NCBI GenBank assembly: GCA_041662205.1
Contig: JBAZSZ010000003.1
Coordinates: forward strand, 9,772 to 73,771
Direction: 5' to 3'
Length of the DNA: 64,000 bases
Source: Minisyncoccota bacterium
GTDB lineage: Bacteria > Patescibacteriota > Minisyncoccia > Phycocordibacterales > UBA9973
Part shown: positions 27,570-37,285 of the stretch, one piece after another
How the letters are laid out: each line of letters opens with the position of its first letter
Numbering within the stretch: the stretch's first letter is position 1
The notes under the pieces: model-generated
The model's database searches: none
What the model was told of the DNA's origin: nothing
Seen by the model: the letters and a program-made list of their open reading frames with translations, nothing else
Position numbers and translations under genes: made by a program

Positions 27570-29219
27570 ATGATTGATCAAAATATAATAATAAATACTT
27601 GTTATCAAACACAAAATACTATACAAACTATTGTTAGGTACTCACACTTAATTCCATTAATTCTTTCTATTATTTTGGCAATTTTTGTATTTGTAAAAGC
27701 AAAATTTAATCTCTTTTCAAAAATATTTTTGGTTTTTATTGTTTCATTCTCACTTTGGCTTTTGGGTGATTATATTTTATGGAGTTCTTTAAATTATCAT
27801 CTTATCTATGCTGTTTGGGCTCCTATTGATTATTTAGAAATTGTCTTTTATGTATTAGGATTTTATTTTGCAACTGTTTTCGTAAAAAAAACTGACATAT
27901 CAATATTGTGGAAGGTGTTACTTTTTGTCTTAACTTTGCCAGCACTTTTTCTAAGTATAACTAAACAATCAATAACCGGTTTTTATTATCCTGTATGTGA
28001 AGCATTAAGTAATGGATTTTTAAGTGATTACAAACTAGCGGTTGAGGCGGTTTTATTGCTTGTAATTCTCATCTACGCTATTACACCTCTTTTTAAAAAA
28101 TTTTTATGGAAAGAGAAAAAAGCTGATTTTATCGTGCTTGGTTCCATGTTTTTGTTTTTATCAACCTTTGGAATTACAGAATATCTTGCATCAACTACAG
28201 GATATTATGAAATGAATCTTTATAGTTTATTTCTTTTACCTGTATTCCTTATAGTCATTATTTACTCTGTATTTGAGCTTGATATTTTTAAAATCCACAT
28301 TCTCGGTACTTATTATCTCGTTATAGGTCTTATGATTCTGATGGGCGGGCAATTGTTCTTTATCACTAGTACAACCAATAAATTACTTACTGTTTTGACT
28401 ATAATATTGCTCGCTCTTTTAAGTTTAATTCTTTTTAGAAATTTAAAAAGAGAATCTGATCAAAGAGAACATATTGAACAATTAAACATTCAACTTGGAG
28501 ACTTGCTCAAACAAAGAGAAAGTCTCGTGCACTTGGTTACCCATAAAGTGAAGGGTTCTTTTACGCGTTCAAAATATATTTTTGCCGGATTATTGGATGG
28601 GACCTTTGGTGAGATAAATCCTGAAGTAAAAAAGTATGCGCAGATGGGGCTAGAGTCTGATAATGGTGGAATTCAGACAGTTAACTTGGTCTTGAATGCT
28701 TCCAACTTATCTACCGGATCAGTGAAATATGAAATGAAGCCAGTTGATTTCAAAGAAATAGTGCTGAAAGTTTTGGCTGATAAAAAAATTCAAGCAGAAG
28801 CTAAAGGACTGCAAGTGGAAAGTAATATTCATGATGACAAAAATGATGTGTATAATGTTCTTGGTGATGCTTTTTGGCTCACTGAATGTGTGAATAATTT
28901 GATTGATAATTCTATAAAATATACTAAAGCAGGGAAGATAAATATTGATCTGCATGATGGCAATGGTAAGGTTAATTTTTCTATCAAAGATACTGGCGTA
29001 GGTATCACCGAAGAAGATAAAAAGCATTTGTTCACCGAAGGTGGACGAGGTAAAGAATCCGTCAAAGTAAATGTGGATAGTACGGGTTACGGTTTATATT
29101 CGGTAAAACTAATTATCGAAGAACACAAAGGTAAGGTCTGGGCAGAATCCGAAGGCGAAGGTAAAGGCTCAGCTTTTTATATTGAATTGCCTGCAAATTT
29201 GGAGAACAAACCTTTATAG
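27570..29219 (+). CDS. multi-TM sensor histidine kinase
   Basis: About 8-9 TM helices, atypical H-box VTHKVKG, NLIDNSIKYT, DTGVG, GYGL, GKGSAF. Confidence 0.92.
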   Translation: MIDQNIIINTCYQTQNTIQTIVRYSHLIPLILSIILAIFVFVKAKFNLFSKIFLVFIVSFSLWLLGDYILWSSLNYHLIYAVWAPIDYLEIVFYVLGFYFATVFVKKTDISILWKVLLFVLTLPALFLSITKQSITGFYYPVCEALSNGFLSDYKLAVEAVLLLVILIYAITPLFKKFLWKEKKADFIVLGSMFLFLSTFGITEYLASTTGYYEMNLYSLFLLPVFLIVIIYSVFELDIFKIHILGTYYLVIGLMILMGGQLFFITSTTNKLLTVLTIILLALLSLILFRNLKRESDQREHIEQLNIQLGDLLKQRESLVHLVTHKVKGSFTRSKYIFAGLLDGTFGEINPEVKKYAQMGLESDNGGIQTVNLVLNASNLSTGSVKYEMKPVDFKEIVLKVLADKKIQAEAKGLQVESNIHDDKNDVYNVLGDAFWLTECVNNLIDNSIKYTKAGKINIDLHDGNGKVNFSIKDTGVGITEEDKKHLFTEGGRGKESVKVNVDSTGYGLYSVKLIIEEHKGKVWAESEGEGKGSAFYIELPANLENKPL

Positions 29220-29270
29220 CTGGAATTCTTTCTGAATTTTTGATAAAGTGGGTTCGAACTAAAACGGTTT

Positions 29271-29343
29271 GCCATCCTAGCTCAGTTGGTAGAGCGCGGT
29301 CTTCGTAAGACTGAGGTCCCGAGTTCGATCCTCGGGGATGGCT
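29271..29343 (+). tRNA. tRNA-Thr(CGT)
   Basis: GCCATCC/GGATGGC acceptor stem, TTCGTAA loop, GTTCGATCC. Confidence 0.95.
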
Positions 29344-29344
29344 C

Positions 29345-30232
29345 ATGGAAAATAATACAAACGAAATTACAAAAGAGATAGCAGAAGTGGAAGCAGAAAT
29401 GCAGGCTCCAGATTTTTGGAATGATAAAAATAAGGCACAGGCGACGTTGAAGAAATTGGCAGAACTAAAAGAAAAAAAAGAAGGGGTAGGTAAATACGAT
29501 AAAGGCAATGCTGTAGTCACCATAATTTCCGGTGCCGGCGGAGATGACGCAGAAGATTTTTCAGCGATGCTTTTGTCTATGTATCTGAAGTATGCCGAAA
29601 AAAGTGGCTGGAAAGTTTTTTTTATTCATGAAAATAAAAATGAACATGGTGGATATAGAAACATAAGCGTAGAAATTTCAGGTAAAAATGTCTACGGGAA
29701 TTTAAAAAATGAATCTGGGGTGCACCGCTTGGTACGAATCTCACCTTTTGACGCAAAAAAATTACGACATACTTCTTTTTCCATGGTGGAAGTTCTGCCA
29801 AAATTTTCTAAATTTGAAGAAAAAGATTTTTCCATACCACCTGCTGATCTAAAGATAGAATATTCTCGTTCTGGAGGTCCGGGTGGGCAGAACGTGAATA
29901 AGAGAGAGACAGCGGTCCGCCTAGTGCATATCCCTACAGGGATAGCGGTGCATGCCTCAAATGAACGATCTCAAGAACAAAATCGAGAACGGGCGATGGC
30001 GATACTTTTAGCAAAAATTTTCAAAAAAGCACAAGAAGATAAGAAGACGATAGAAGAAAGTTTGAAATTGACTAAAAATACTGAAATAGAATGGGGGAAT
30101 CAGATTCGTTCTTATGTGTTGCATCCTTATAAAATGGTCAAAGACCACCGGACTGGAGTGGAAACTTCGAATGTTGATTCGGTTCTTGATGGGGAAATAG
30201 ATATTTTTATTGAGGCAGAAAAGAATTTGTGA
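29345..30232 (+). CDS. prfB: peptide chain release factor 2 (compact)
   Basis: [13 protein letters not shown] (SPF), [17 protein letters not shown]. Confidence 0.93.
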   Translation: MENNTNEITKEIAEVEAEMQAPDFWNDKNKAQATLKKLAELKEKKEGVGKYDKGNAVVTIISGAGGDDAEDFSAMLLSMYLKYAEKSGWKVFFIHENKNEHGGYRNISVEISGKNVYGNLKNESGVHRLVRISPFDAKKLRHTSFSMVEVLPKFSKFEEKDFSIPPADLKIEYSRSGGPGGQNVNKRETAVRLVHIPTGIAVHASNERSQEQNRERAMAILLAKIFKKAQEDKKTIEESLKLTKNTEIEWGNQIRSYVLHPYKMVKDHRTGVETSNVDSVLDGEIDIFIEAEKNL

Positions 30233-30288
30233 TATAGTTAAAAAATAGAGAATTACTTTACCATTCAAAAAAGTAACTCTCATTTTTT

Positions 30289-30960
30289 ATGATTTACTTT
30301 AATAATGTTTCAAAAATTTACAAGGATTTAGCCGCGCTGGATGATATTACTTTTACTGTTGAATCTGGCGAATTTGTTTCTATCGTCGGACATTCCGGTG
30401 CTGGTAAAACCACTTTAACAAAAATGATTTTAGCAGAAGAAATGCCATCTTTAGGTACAATCTTTTTTGAGTCGATTGACGTAAATAAAATAAAAAATAA
30501 GGATTTAACTAAACTTCGTCGTCGGATCGGCATGGTTTTTCAAGATTATAAACTACTTTCTAATAAAACAGCTTATGAAAATATCGCTTTTGCTATGGAG
30601 GCTGTAGGTAAAACTGAAGAAGAAATAGCGAGTGATGTTCCGCATGTTTTGGAGCTTGTTGATTTGAGTCATAGAGTTTGCCATTTTCCAAATCAAATGT
30701 CTGGTGGTGAACAGCAACGTCTAGCGATAGCACGAGCGATCATCAATCAGCCCGAAATCATTATTGCTGATGAACCGACAGGGAATTTAGATCCAGTAAA
30801 CACGCATGAAATAGTGCAGATCTTGAAAAAGATAAATGATCTAGGCACGACGGTTATTTTAACCACACATAATTATGGAATCATAGAATCCCTAGGAAAA
30901 AGAGTGATTACGATGGAAAATGGGAAAATTATAAGGGACACCAAGCATAATAAAAAGTGA
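30289..30960 (+). CDS. ftsE: cell division ATP-binding protein FtsE
   Basis: GHSGAGKTT, RRIGMVFQDYKLL, SGGEQQR, DEPTGNLD. Confidence 0.93.
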   Translation: MIYFNNVSKIYKDLAALDDITFTVESGEFVSIVGHSGAGKTTLTKMILAEEMPSLGTIFFESIDVNKIKNKDLTKLRRRIGMVFQDYKLLSNKTAYENIAFAMEAVGKTEEEIASDVPHVLELVDLSHRVCHFPNQMSGGEQQRLAIARAIINQPEIIIADEPTGNLDPVNTHEIVQILKKINDLGTTVILTTHNYGIIESLGKRVITMENGKIIRDTKHNKK

Positions 30961-30996
30961 TTCTGTGCTGGAATAAAATAATGATATAATGAATTT

Positions 30997-31920
30997 ATGA
31001 GAATGATCGCATTAAAAAGAATAATAAAAGGCGGATTTTTAAACTTTAAAAGGAGTGGGCTTGTTTCTTGGGCAGCAGTCCTCGTGGTTACCATCACCCT
31101 TTCGGTTATCACGCTTCTTATTTTTTTACAGGCAGTTTTACATTTCTCTCTTAATCAGATAAAAGACAAAGTGGATGTCACTATTTATTTTACTAGTAGC
31201 GCGCCTGAGAATAATATTTTACTTTTGAAATCTTCATTAGAAAAATTACCTGAAGTGTCTCAAGTCTTTTATACCAATGCTGAAGATAATTTAAAGAATT
31301 TTCGTCTTCGCCATTCCAATGATTATCCGACGATTCAAGCTTTGGATGAGATAGGAGGCAATCCGCTTCTTCCGACTCTTGGAGTAAAAGCAAAAGAAAT
31401 TTCTCAATATGAAGCTATTGCTAATTTTCTAAAATCAGACAATGCTTTAGTTTCGGGACCAGTTTCTATAATAGATCATACAAATTATCACAACAATAAA
31501 GAGGTGATATCTAAATTAGATGGCTTGATTTCCAGTGCACAAAAACTTGGTTTTCTAGTGACCTTGCTTTTCGTGATTATTTCTATCATTATCACTTACA
31601 ATACGATTCGTTTAACCATTTTTATTTCTAAAGAAGAGATAGGTGTGATGCGTCTCGTAGGTGCTTCCAAGATGCATGTGCGTGGGCCTTTTATGATTGA
31701 AGGTGCCATTTATGGCATCGTAGCGACTTTCTTTACCCTGATTCTTTTTTGGCCAACCTCAGCTTGGCTCGGGCGCAATATGACCAGTTTTCTCGGTATT
31801 GATATGTATGATTATTTTCTTGCAAGCTTCTTTCAAATTCTCATAATACTTTTATTATCAGGGGTAGGCTTAGGTATTATTTCTAGCTTTTTGGCGGCTA
31901 GAAAATATTTAAATAAATAA
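30997..31920 (+). CDS. ftsX: cell division permease FtsX
   Basis: NTIRLTI..EEIGVMRLVGAS...RGPFMIEG; follows ftsE. Confidence 0.92.
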   Translation: MRMIALKRIIKGGFLNFKRSGLVSWAAVLVVTITLSVITLLIFLQAVLHFSLNQIKDKVDVTIYFTSSAPENNILLLKSSLEKLPEVSQVFYTNAEDNLKNFRLRHSNDYPTIQALDEIGGNPLLPTLGVKAKEISQYEAIANFLKSDNALVSGPVSIIDHTNYHNNKEVISKLDGLISSAQKLGFLVTLLFVIISIIITYNTIRLTIFISKEEIGVMRLVGASKMHVRGPFMIEGAIYGIVATFFTLILFWPTSAWLGRNMTSFLGIDMYDYFLASFFQILIILLLSGVGLGIISSFLAARKYLNK

Positions 31921-31923
31921 TTT

Positions 31924-33561
31924 ATGCAAAAAAAGGAAACAAAATATATTTTTGTAGTGGGTGGGGTTATGTCTTCTGTGGGTAAGGGTATTGCTGCTTC
32001 TTCTATTGGAAAAATATTACAGTCTCGCGGTTATAAAGTAGCAAATATGAAAGCGGATATGTATGTTAATCTTGATGCGGGGACTATTCGCCCTGCTGAA
32101 CACGGAGAAGTTTTTGTCGGAGAAGATGGAATAGAAGCTGATCAAGATCTCGGAAATTATGAACGTTTTACAAATCAGATTAGTACCCGCGAAAATTATA
32201 TCACTACTGGACAAGTATATGCAGAGGTAATAAAAAGAGAACGGAATTTAGAGTACGAAGGGGAAGATGTCGAAGTTTACCCTGATATCCCAAAAGAAAT
32301 AATCAGGCGCATTGAAGCTTGCCAAGAAAAAAATGAGTCTGAAATTACTATCATAGAATACGGAGGCACAGTGGGGGAATATCAGCTTCTTCCTTTTCTT
32401 GAAGCGACTCGGATGATGAAATCAAAAAATCCCTCTAGTGTTTTTGTTGTTTTAATAAGTTATTTGCCGACACCTATTATCTTGGGTGAGCAAAAATCAA
32501 AACCTACTCAGCATGCCATTACTGATCTTCATTCCATGGGTTTAAATCCTGATTTTGTGATTTGTCGAGCTGATAAACCTGCCACTTCAGACATCAAACG
32601 AACTATTAGCAATGTGTGTAGTTTACCGATAGAGAGAATAATCTCCGCACCAGATGTGTATTCTATTTATGATGTGCCGGTTAATTTTGAAAAAGAAAAT
32701 CTCGGCGATACTTTGCTCAAAACTATTGGCTTGAAGCCACGAGAGCAGGATTTGGCTAATTGGACGGCTTTGGCAAATAAAATAAAAAATATAAAAAAAG
32801 AAGTGCGGATCGGTATAGTAGGTAAGTATTTTAATTTTAAATCTTGCAAGGATACTTATATTTCTGTGATTGAATCTATCAACCACGCTACTTGGGCCCT
32901 GGGTTATAAGCCAGATATCGTATGGCTTGATTCAGAAAAATATGAAAAAAATCATAAATTATTAAGCGAGCTTGATGAGCTAGACGGCATTATTGTTCCT
33001 GGAGGGTTTGGCAATAGGGGTGTAGAAGGGATGATCTTAGCAGCAGATTATGCTCGTAGGAAAAATATCCCATATTTTGGTTTGTGTTTAGGGATGCAAA
33101 TTTTAACGATTTCTTATGCTCGGAATGTTTTAAAATTTAACAATGCTAATTCTACTGAGATGAATGCGAATACCCCATATCCCGTTATCGCTACCATGGC
33201 TGACCAAGTAGAAAAAATAAAGAATAAAAATTATGGAGCAAGTATGCGTTTAGGTGCTTATGATTGTCTTTTGGCCAAGGACACCATTGCATTTCAATCT
33301 TACAAAGCTCCTAAGATTTCCGAACGTCATCGACATCGATATGAAGTTAACCCAAAATATATTGCAGAATTAGAAAAAGCTGGTTTAGTATTCTCTGGCC
33401 GATCTCCAGATGGAGTTTTGATGGAAATAGCAGAACTTCCGAAAAAAGTACATCCATTTTACTTAGGTACTCAATTTCATCCTGAATTCAAATCTCGTCC
33501 ACTTGATCCACATCCTCTTTTCTCCTCTTTCATCAAGGCAAGTATAAATAATAAGAATTAA
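31924..33561 (+). CDS. pyrG: CTP synthase
   Basis: GGVMSSVGKG, HGEVFV, DLGNYERF, CLGMQ, ERHRHRYE, QFHPE. Confidence 0.97.
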   Translation: MQKKETKYIFVVGGVMSSVGKGIAASSIGKILQSRGYKVANMKADMYVNLDAGTIRPAEHGEVFVGEDGIEADQDLGNYERFTNQISTRENYITTGQVYAEVIKRERNLEYEGEDVEVYPDIPKEIIRRIEACQEKNESEITIIEYGGTVGEYQLLPFLEATRMMKSKNPSSVFVVLISYLPTPIILGEQKSKPTQHAITDLHSMGLNPDFVICRADKPATSDIKRTISNVCSLPIERIISAPDVYSIYDVPVNFEKENLGDTLLKTIGLKPREQDLANWTALANKIKNIKKEVRIGIVGKYFNFKSCKDTYISVIESINHATWALGYKPDIVWLDSEKYEKNHKLLSELDELDGIIVPGGFGNRGVEGMILAADYARRKNIPYFGLCLGMQILTISYARNVLKFNNANSTEMNANTPYPVIATMADQVEKIKNKNYGASMRLGAYDCLLAKDTIAFQSYKAPKISERHRHRYEVNPKYIAELEKAGLVFSGRSPDGVLMEIAELPKKVHPFYLGTQFHPEFKSRPLDPHPLFSSFIKASINNKN

Positions 33562-33593
33562 AAAAGTGATGAAGGTTGAACCTTCACAAAATT

Positions 33594-33628
33594 AAGAAAT
33601 GAGCAAGGGAAGGGAAGTTCTTGCTCAT
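33594..33628. repeat. hairpin repeat copy 1 flanking 33632..34447
   Basis: AAGAAATGAGCAAGGG...CTTGCTCAT. Confidence 0.75.
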
Positions 33629-33631
33629 GTT

Positions 33632-34447
33632 TTAAAAGTACTCATTAGTATTTTTTACAGTTTGAGTATCTAATAAGGGTAGTTTGTTTGGTGCACCTTT
33701 TAATTTATTTAAGCGAAAAGCAGAACTATTGATGGTGCAATTATAATCAGCACCAAGTTTATATTTTATTTCAATTTTTCCTTCAAATTCTTTTCTAATT
33801 TTTTTCACCCAAGTTTCAAGAAGGTTGTTAAATATAGGAGGTGTTTGTATAAACATTACTCCTCCTTCGCGTAATAAGTTATACCAAATATTTAGAATTT
33901 TACTTACGATGTATGGGTCAGGTGGGACAAATTCTAAGCCTTTTATCATTCGCTCTATGATTAAATCTACTTTTTCTCCATCTAGGATTTTGTCTAAAGA
34001 TTTATAAGTATCAGGAGAAAATATATCACCGATGAGTAATTGATGATTTATTCTTTTATCTCTTTCTATTTTTTCTTTTAAATTGTGTTCTGAGCGATGA
34101 TCTGCTAAAGAAATAGCCACAGATTTTGCAAAAAATCCAGGAGAAAAGTCGCTGAATAATTTTGATCCTGTTCCACCAAATTCTACACCAATAGCTTTGC
34201 CTTTTCTTACTTCTAGGGTTTTTTCGATATACCTTTGTAAGGTACTATCTGGAATTACATACATAAATGTTTCAAGAAAAGGTTTTTCTTCTCCGTAATC
34301 CCCAATATTATCCAGAGCAGAATCTGTGAAATCATAATGGCCTTCGTTTCCTTTTCCTCTGGATTTAAATTTATCTCTTTGTTCTTTCAAATATTCATTT
34401 ATTTCTTTTCTATTTTCTCCTCTTGGAAAAGGATTAGATGATTCCAT
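33632..34447 (-). CDS. class I SAM methyltransferase-fold hypothetical protein
   Basis: GVEFGGTG motif-I-like, GDIF, VDLIIER, LREGGVMFI. Confidence 0.65.
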   Translation of the reverse strand: MESSNPFPRGENRKEINEYLKEQRDKFKSRGKGNEGHYDFTDSALDNIGDYGEEKPFLETFMYVIPDSTLQRYIEKTLEVRKGKAIGVEFGGTGSKLFSDFSPGFFAKSVAISLADHRSEHNLKEKIERDKRINHQLLIGDIFSPDTYKSLDKILDGEKVDLIIERMIKGLEFVPPDPYIVSKILNIWYNLLREGGVMFIQTPPIFNNLLETWVKKIRKEFEGKIEIKYKLGADYNCTINSSAFRLNKLKGAPNKLPLLDTQTVKNTNEYF

Positions 34448-34480
34448 GATAGTTATTATACCAAATTTCAATTTTGAATA

Positions 34481-34511
34481 AAGAAATGAGCAAGGGTAGT
34501 CCCTTGCTCAT
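34481..34511. repeat. hairpin repeat copy 2
   Basis: AAGAAATGAGCAAGGGTAGTCCCTTGCTCAT. Confidence 0.75.
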
Positions 34512-34512
34512 A

Positions 34513-34541
34513 AAAAAGGGCGGAGGCAACACCTCCGCCCT
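34513..34541 (-). terminator. intrinsic terminator
   Basis: AGGGCGGAGG-CAACA-CCTCCGCCCT with A/T tracts. Confidence 0.75.
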
Positions 34542-34570
34542 AAAAAGATTTACTCTTTTTTAATCTAAAA

Positions 34571-34756
34571 CTATTCGTGCACTTTTGATTCCATCATGCT
34601 TTTTGTATCAGTATCAGACATATCCTTAATATCCTCAGGATGTGCTATCTTGGCATGAGCCAACATTTTATCTGCTACCTCTCCCTTCGTATCTCCTGTG
34701 GCTTCAAATTGACACATAGTGCTAGGATTTATATCTTTACAAGCTAGTTTCATCAT
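34571..34756 (-). CDS. DUF1059-like small metal-binding protein
   Basis: LACKD....CQFEATG....HAKIAH. Confidence 0.8.
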   Translation of the reverse strand: MMKLACKDINPSTMCQFEATGDTKGEVADKMLAHAKIAHPEDIKDMSDTDTKSMMESKVHE

Positions 34757-34802
34757 AAATATTATTAGATAATTATCTTATAGTAATTCGACTTTAAATA
34801 AA

Positions 34803-35270
34803 CTAAGGTTTAAGGACAAACCAGACGCCCCCGACATTTTGCCCTGTTGTATCTCCTACAACTTTATCAAATTTCCAAAAATAAAGCGGGATACCGTTAT
34901 AGGTAAGTTGTTTAGAGCCATCAGTACGAGTAGTCGTAGCTAGTACGCCATTTATCCCTTCATCGGCAGAGAGATTTTGATCAGCTGATACTGTGTATGG
35001 AGGCCAATTGACAGCACAAGTATCATAACAGGTACTGACATTTGCTACTGTATCCTTTGTAAATAAATATAACGTCATTCCATTGGAGGCTACTAAAAAA
35101 CTACCTAGTGTTGGATTAGAGGAAACTTTTAGGATCGGAGTAGTATTTTTCTGTTCAGTGTTTGATGGATTTACTTCTGTTCGTGTAGTAGGTTTCATTG
35201 AAAAAAAGTAAAGACCACCTATCACGATAATAACAATTAACACGATCACAACGATATTCGATGTTTTCAT
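34803..35270 (-). CDS. COG4315-type secreted repeat protein
   Basis: GMTLYLFTKD, CYDTCAVNWPP, PLYFWKFD..GDTTGQNVGGVW. Confidence 0.85.
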   Translation of the reverse strand: MKTSNIVVIVLIVIIVIGGLYFFSMKPTTRTEVNPSNTEQKNTTPILKVSSNPTLGSFLVASNGMTLYLFTKDTVANVSTCYDTCAVNWPPYTVSADQNLSADEGINGVLATTTRTDGSKQLTYNGIPLYFWKFDKVVGDTTGQNVGGVWFVLKP

Positions 35271-35400
35271 ATTTTTTTTAATTTTATTTTTTAATTTTTT
35301 TAATTCGACCTTTAATCTAATAAAAATTATAAAAAAGATTTATTAAAATAACATTAATAAACTTTAAAGAGCATAATTTCAATTTTGCGTCTTAGAGGAT

Positions 35401-35643
35401 TTAATTACTTAAATCTTTCTTTTTGGCCTCAAATTCTTCTTTATTAATTTCTCCTTTTGCGTATCTCTCTTTTAGAATGTCTAGGGCATTATTATTTTTA
35501 CCCCCCATACATTCATGATGAAAAGGTGACTTGCCACCTCGAATTAGCCAAACAATAAAATAAATAACAGCAACCCAAAAAATAAACATAATTAATCCAC
35601 CCAAAATAGGACTACCCCAATTCCCATAATATCCATACATCAT
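35401..35643 (-). CDS. SHOCT-domain membrane protein (paralog of 13813..14055)
   Basis: [19 protein letters not shown]. Confidence 0.88.
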   Translation of the reverse strand: MMYGYYGNWGSPILGGLIMFIFWVAVIYFIVWLIRGGKSPFHHECMGGKNNNALDILKERYAKGEINKEEFEAKKKDLSN

Positions 35644-35734
35644 ATATTTTAACTATATTAATATTATTAATATCGACTTTACTATTATCTATTATTATAC
35701 ACTCTTTTAAGATTATATTATAAGATTGATATTA

Positions 35735-35791
35735 AATTACCACAAATAAAAGAGAGGACCGTGTAGGGCCTCTCTTTTATTTGTGGTAATT
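35735..35791 (-). terminator. long-stem hairpin/terminator
   Basis: AATTACCACAAATAAAAGAGAGG / CCTCTCTTTTATTTGTGGTAATT 23-bp stem. Confidence 0.7.
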
Positions 35792-35813
35792 CTTAAAAAA
35801 GAATTAAACAATT

Positions 35814-36611
35814 CTATTTCCAGAACCAATTTAACATTTTTCCAAACCATCCACCTCTATTTTCTTTCCTATTGTTATTATTATCATTTACGTTAGCATT
35901 TTCACTTTCTATTGATACTTTTGACGCAGTGATAATATTTCCACTAGTGTTTAGTTCACCAGTTACTTTTACTTTGTTTTCTATTTGGAGAGAGGACAAA
36001 GTCTTAACAATATTATTTGCTGTAATAACAGTGTTACTTGAAACAATAATTTTTACAGTTAATCCACTTTTTAGTTTAAGAATAAATGAATTATCTGTAA
36101 GATTGATTTCCCTTACTTCACCTTGAAAAGAAGTCTTATCTTCAATTTTAGATTTATTGAAGAGGGTTTGGCTTACCGCATGAGTTCCATTGACAACAAT
36201 TGAAGAGCTTGTAGAAGATGCAATTATTCCAACAAAACTAATATTGTCTCCTGCTTTTAATTGATTCAAGATTGCAATATCTGTTAATAGCTTACCGTTT
36301 AATTTACTTGTTGTATTCATCTTTACGACAAAATTTAGAGGACTACTGCCGAAGAGAACTGTTGCATTAATATCACCTCCAACCACAGAAATGACCTTTG
36401 CACCAATTACTTTAACAGAACCTTCTTTACCCATTACGACTCCTACAGAAGAAGAGTCCAACTTCATCAATGCATCAACTTTCATTGAATTTTTGGCATT
36501 AGATAAATTTTTTGACCCGTTGTTTTCTGCTCTTGCTGGAGTTGCAATGATTATGCCAACAAAAAAAGCTAACACAAGAAACCCTTTTGCGATATTTTTT
36601 ACATTCTTCAT
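35814..36611 (-). CDS. secreted DUF5666-like beta-barrel repeat protein
   Basis: Signal peptide; repeated LxxGDxVxVxG-like units; divergent from ECF sigma. Confidence 0.65.
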   Translation of the reverse strand: MKNVKNIAKGFLVLAFFVGIIIATPARAENNGSKNLSNAKNSMKVDALMKLDSSSVGVVMGKEGSVKVIGAKVISVVGGDINATVLFGSSPLNFVVKMNTTSKLNGKLLTDIAILNQLKAGDNISFVGIIASSTSSSIVVNGTHAVSQTLFNKSKIEDKTSFQGEVREINLTDNSFILKLKSGLTVKIIVSSNTVITANNIVKTLSSLQIENKVKVTGELNTSGNIITASKVSIESENANVNDNNNNRKENRGGWFGKMLNWFWK

Positions 36612-36768
36612 AATATTTTTATTGATTAATTAATAATACTTTAAGAAGATAAGAAAATTATCCTCACATTTATACAGACGACACAGGGCAAGGATACTTA
36701 CACAGCATAAAATATACAGAATTTAATGTTAGAATAGTAAGTATTAGAGTGACCAATCGTCTACCTTT

Positions 36769-37284
36769 ATGAATCCATCCTTAGAAAAAATCTTTGAAAA
36801 AGCTTATGCCGACAATATTGATGGCCTGTTTCGTTTTGTTTTATACAAAGTATCTGACAAGGAGCAAGCAATAGATATTGTAGAAGATGTATATCTTAGG
36901 TTTTGGCAGACATTACAGAAAGAAAAAGTTGAAGAAATAAGAGCTTATCTTTATAAAATAGCCAGAAATCTCGTGATAGACTGGTATAAGAAAAAAAAGA
37001 GTATACCATTACAAAGTTTCAAAGGGGAAGAGTCTGAAAATTCTGAACTTTATTTAGATATGTTTACAGGGAATTTAGTTGGAATAGATGTAATGCTCGA
37101 AGTAAAAATTGTCATAGAGAAGATTGCAAGTTTAGAGCCAATATACAGAGAAGCAGTTTATCTACGGTTCGTGGAGGAGATGACCCCGAAAGAAATTGCA
37201 GCAGTTCTAGGAGAGTCAACAAATGTAATTTCTGTGCGAATTAATCGTGGGCTTAATTTATTAAAATTAAAGCTTCATATATAA
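36769..37284 (+). CDS. ECF-type RNA polymerase sigma factor
   Basis: AYLYKIARNLVIDWY (region 2), KEIAAVLG..VISVRINRG (region 4). Confidence 0.92.
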   Translation: MNPSLEKIFEKAYADNIDGLFRFVLYKVSDKEQAIDIVEDVYLRFWQTLQKEKVEEIRAYLYKIARNLVIDWYKKKKSIPLQSFKGEESENSELYLDMFTGNLVGIDVMLEVKIVIEKIASLEPIYREAVYLRFVEEMTPKEIAAVLGESTNVISVRINRGLNLLKLKLHI

Positions 37285-37285
37285 A

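Noticed and set aside
20330-29219. Prophage or integrative element between the two tRNA-Thr genes
   Set aside because: No integrase, phage genes or matching att repeats found
29113-29523. 136-aa minus-strand ORF
   Set aside because: Antisense to the kinase, tRNA-Thr and prfB; shadow ORF
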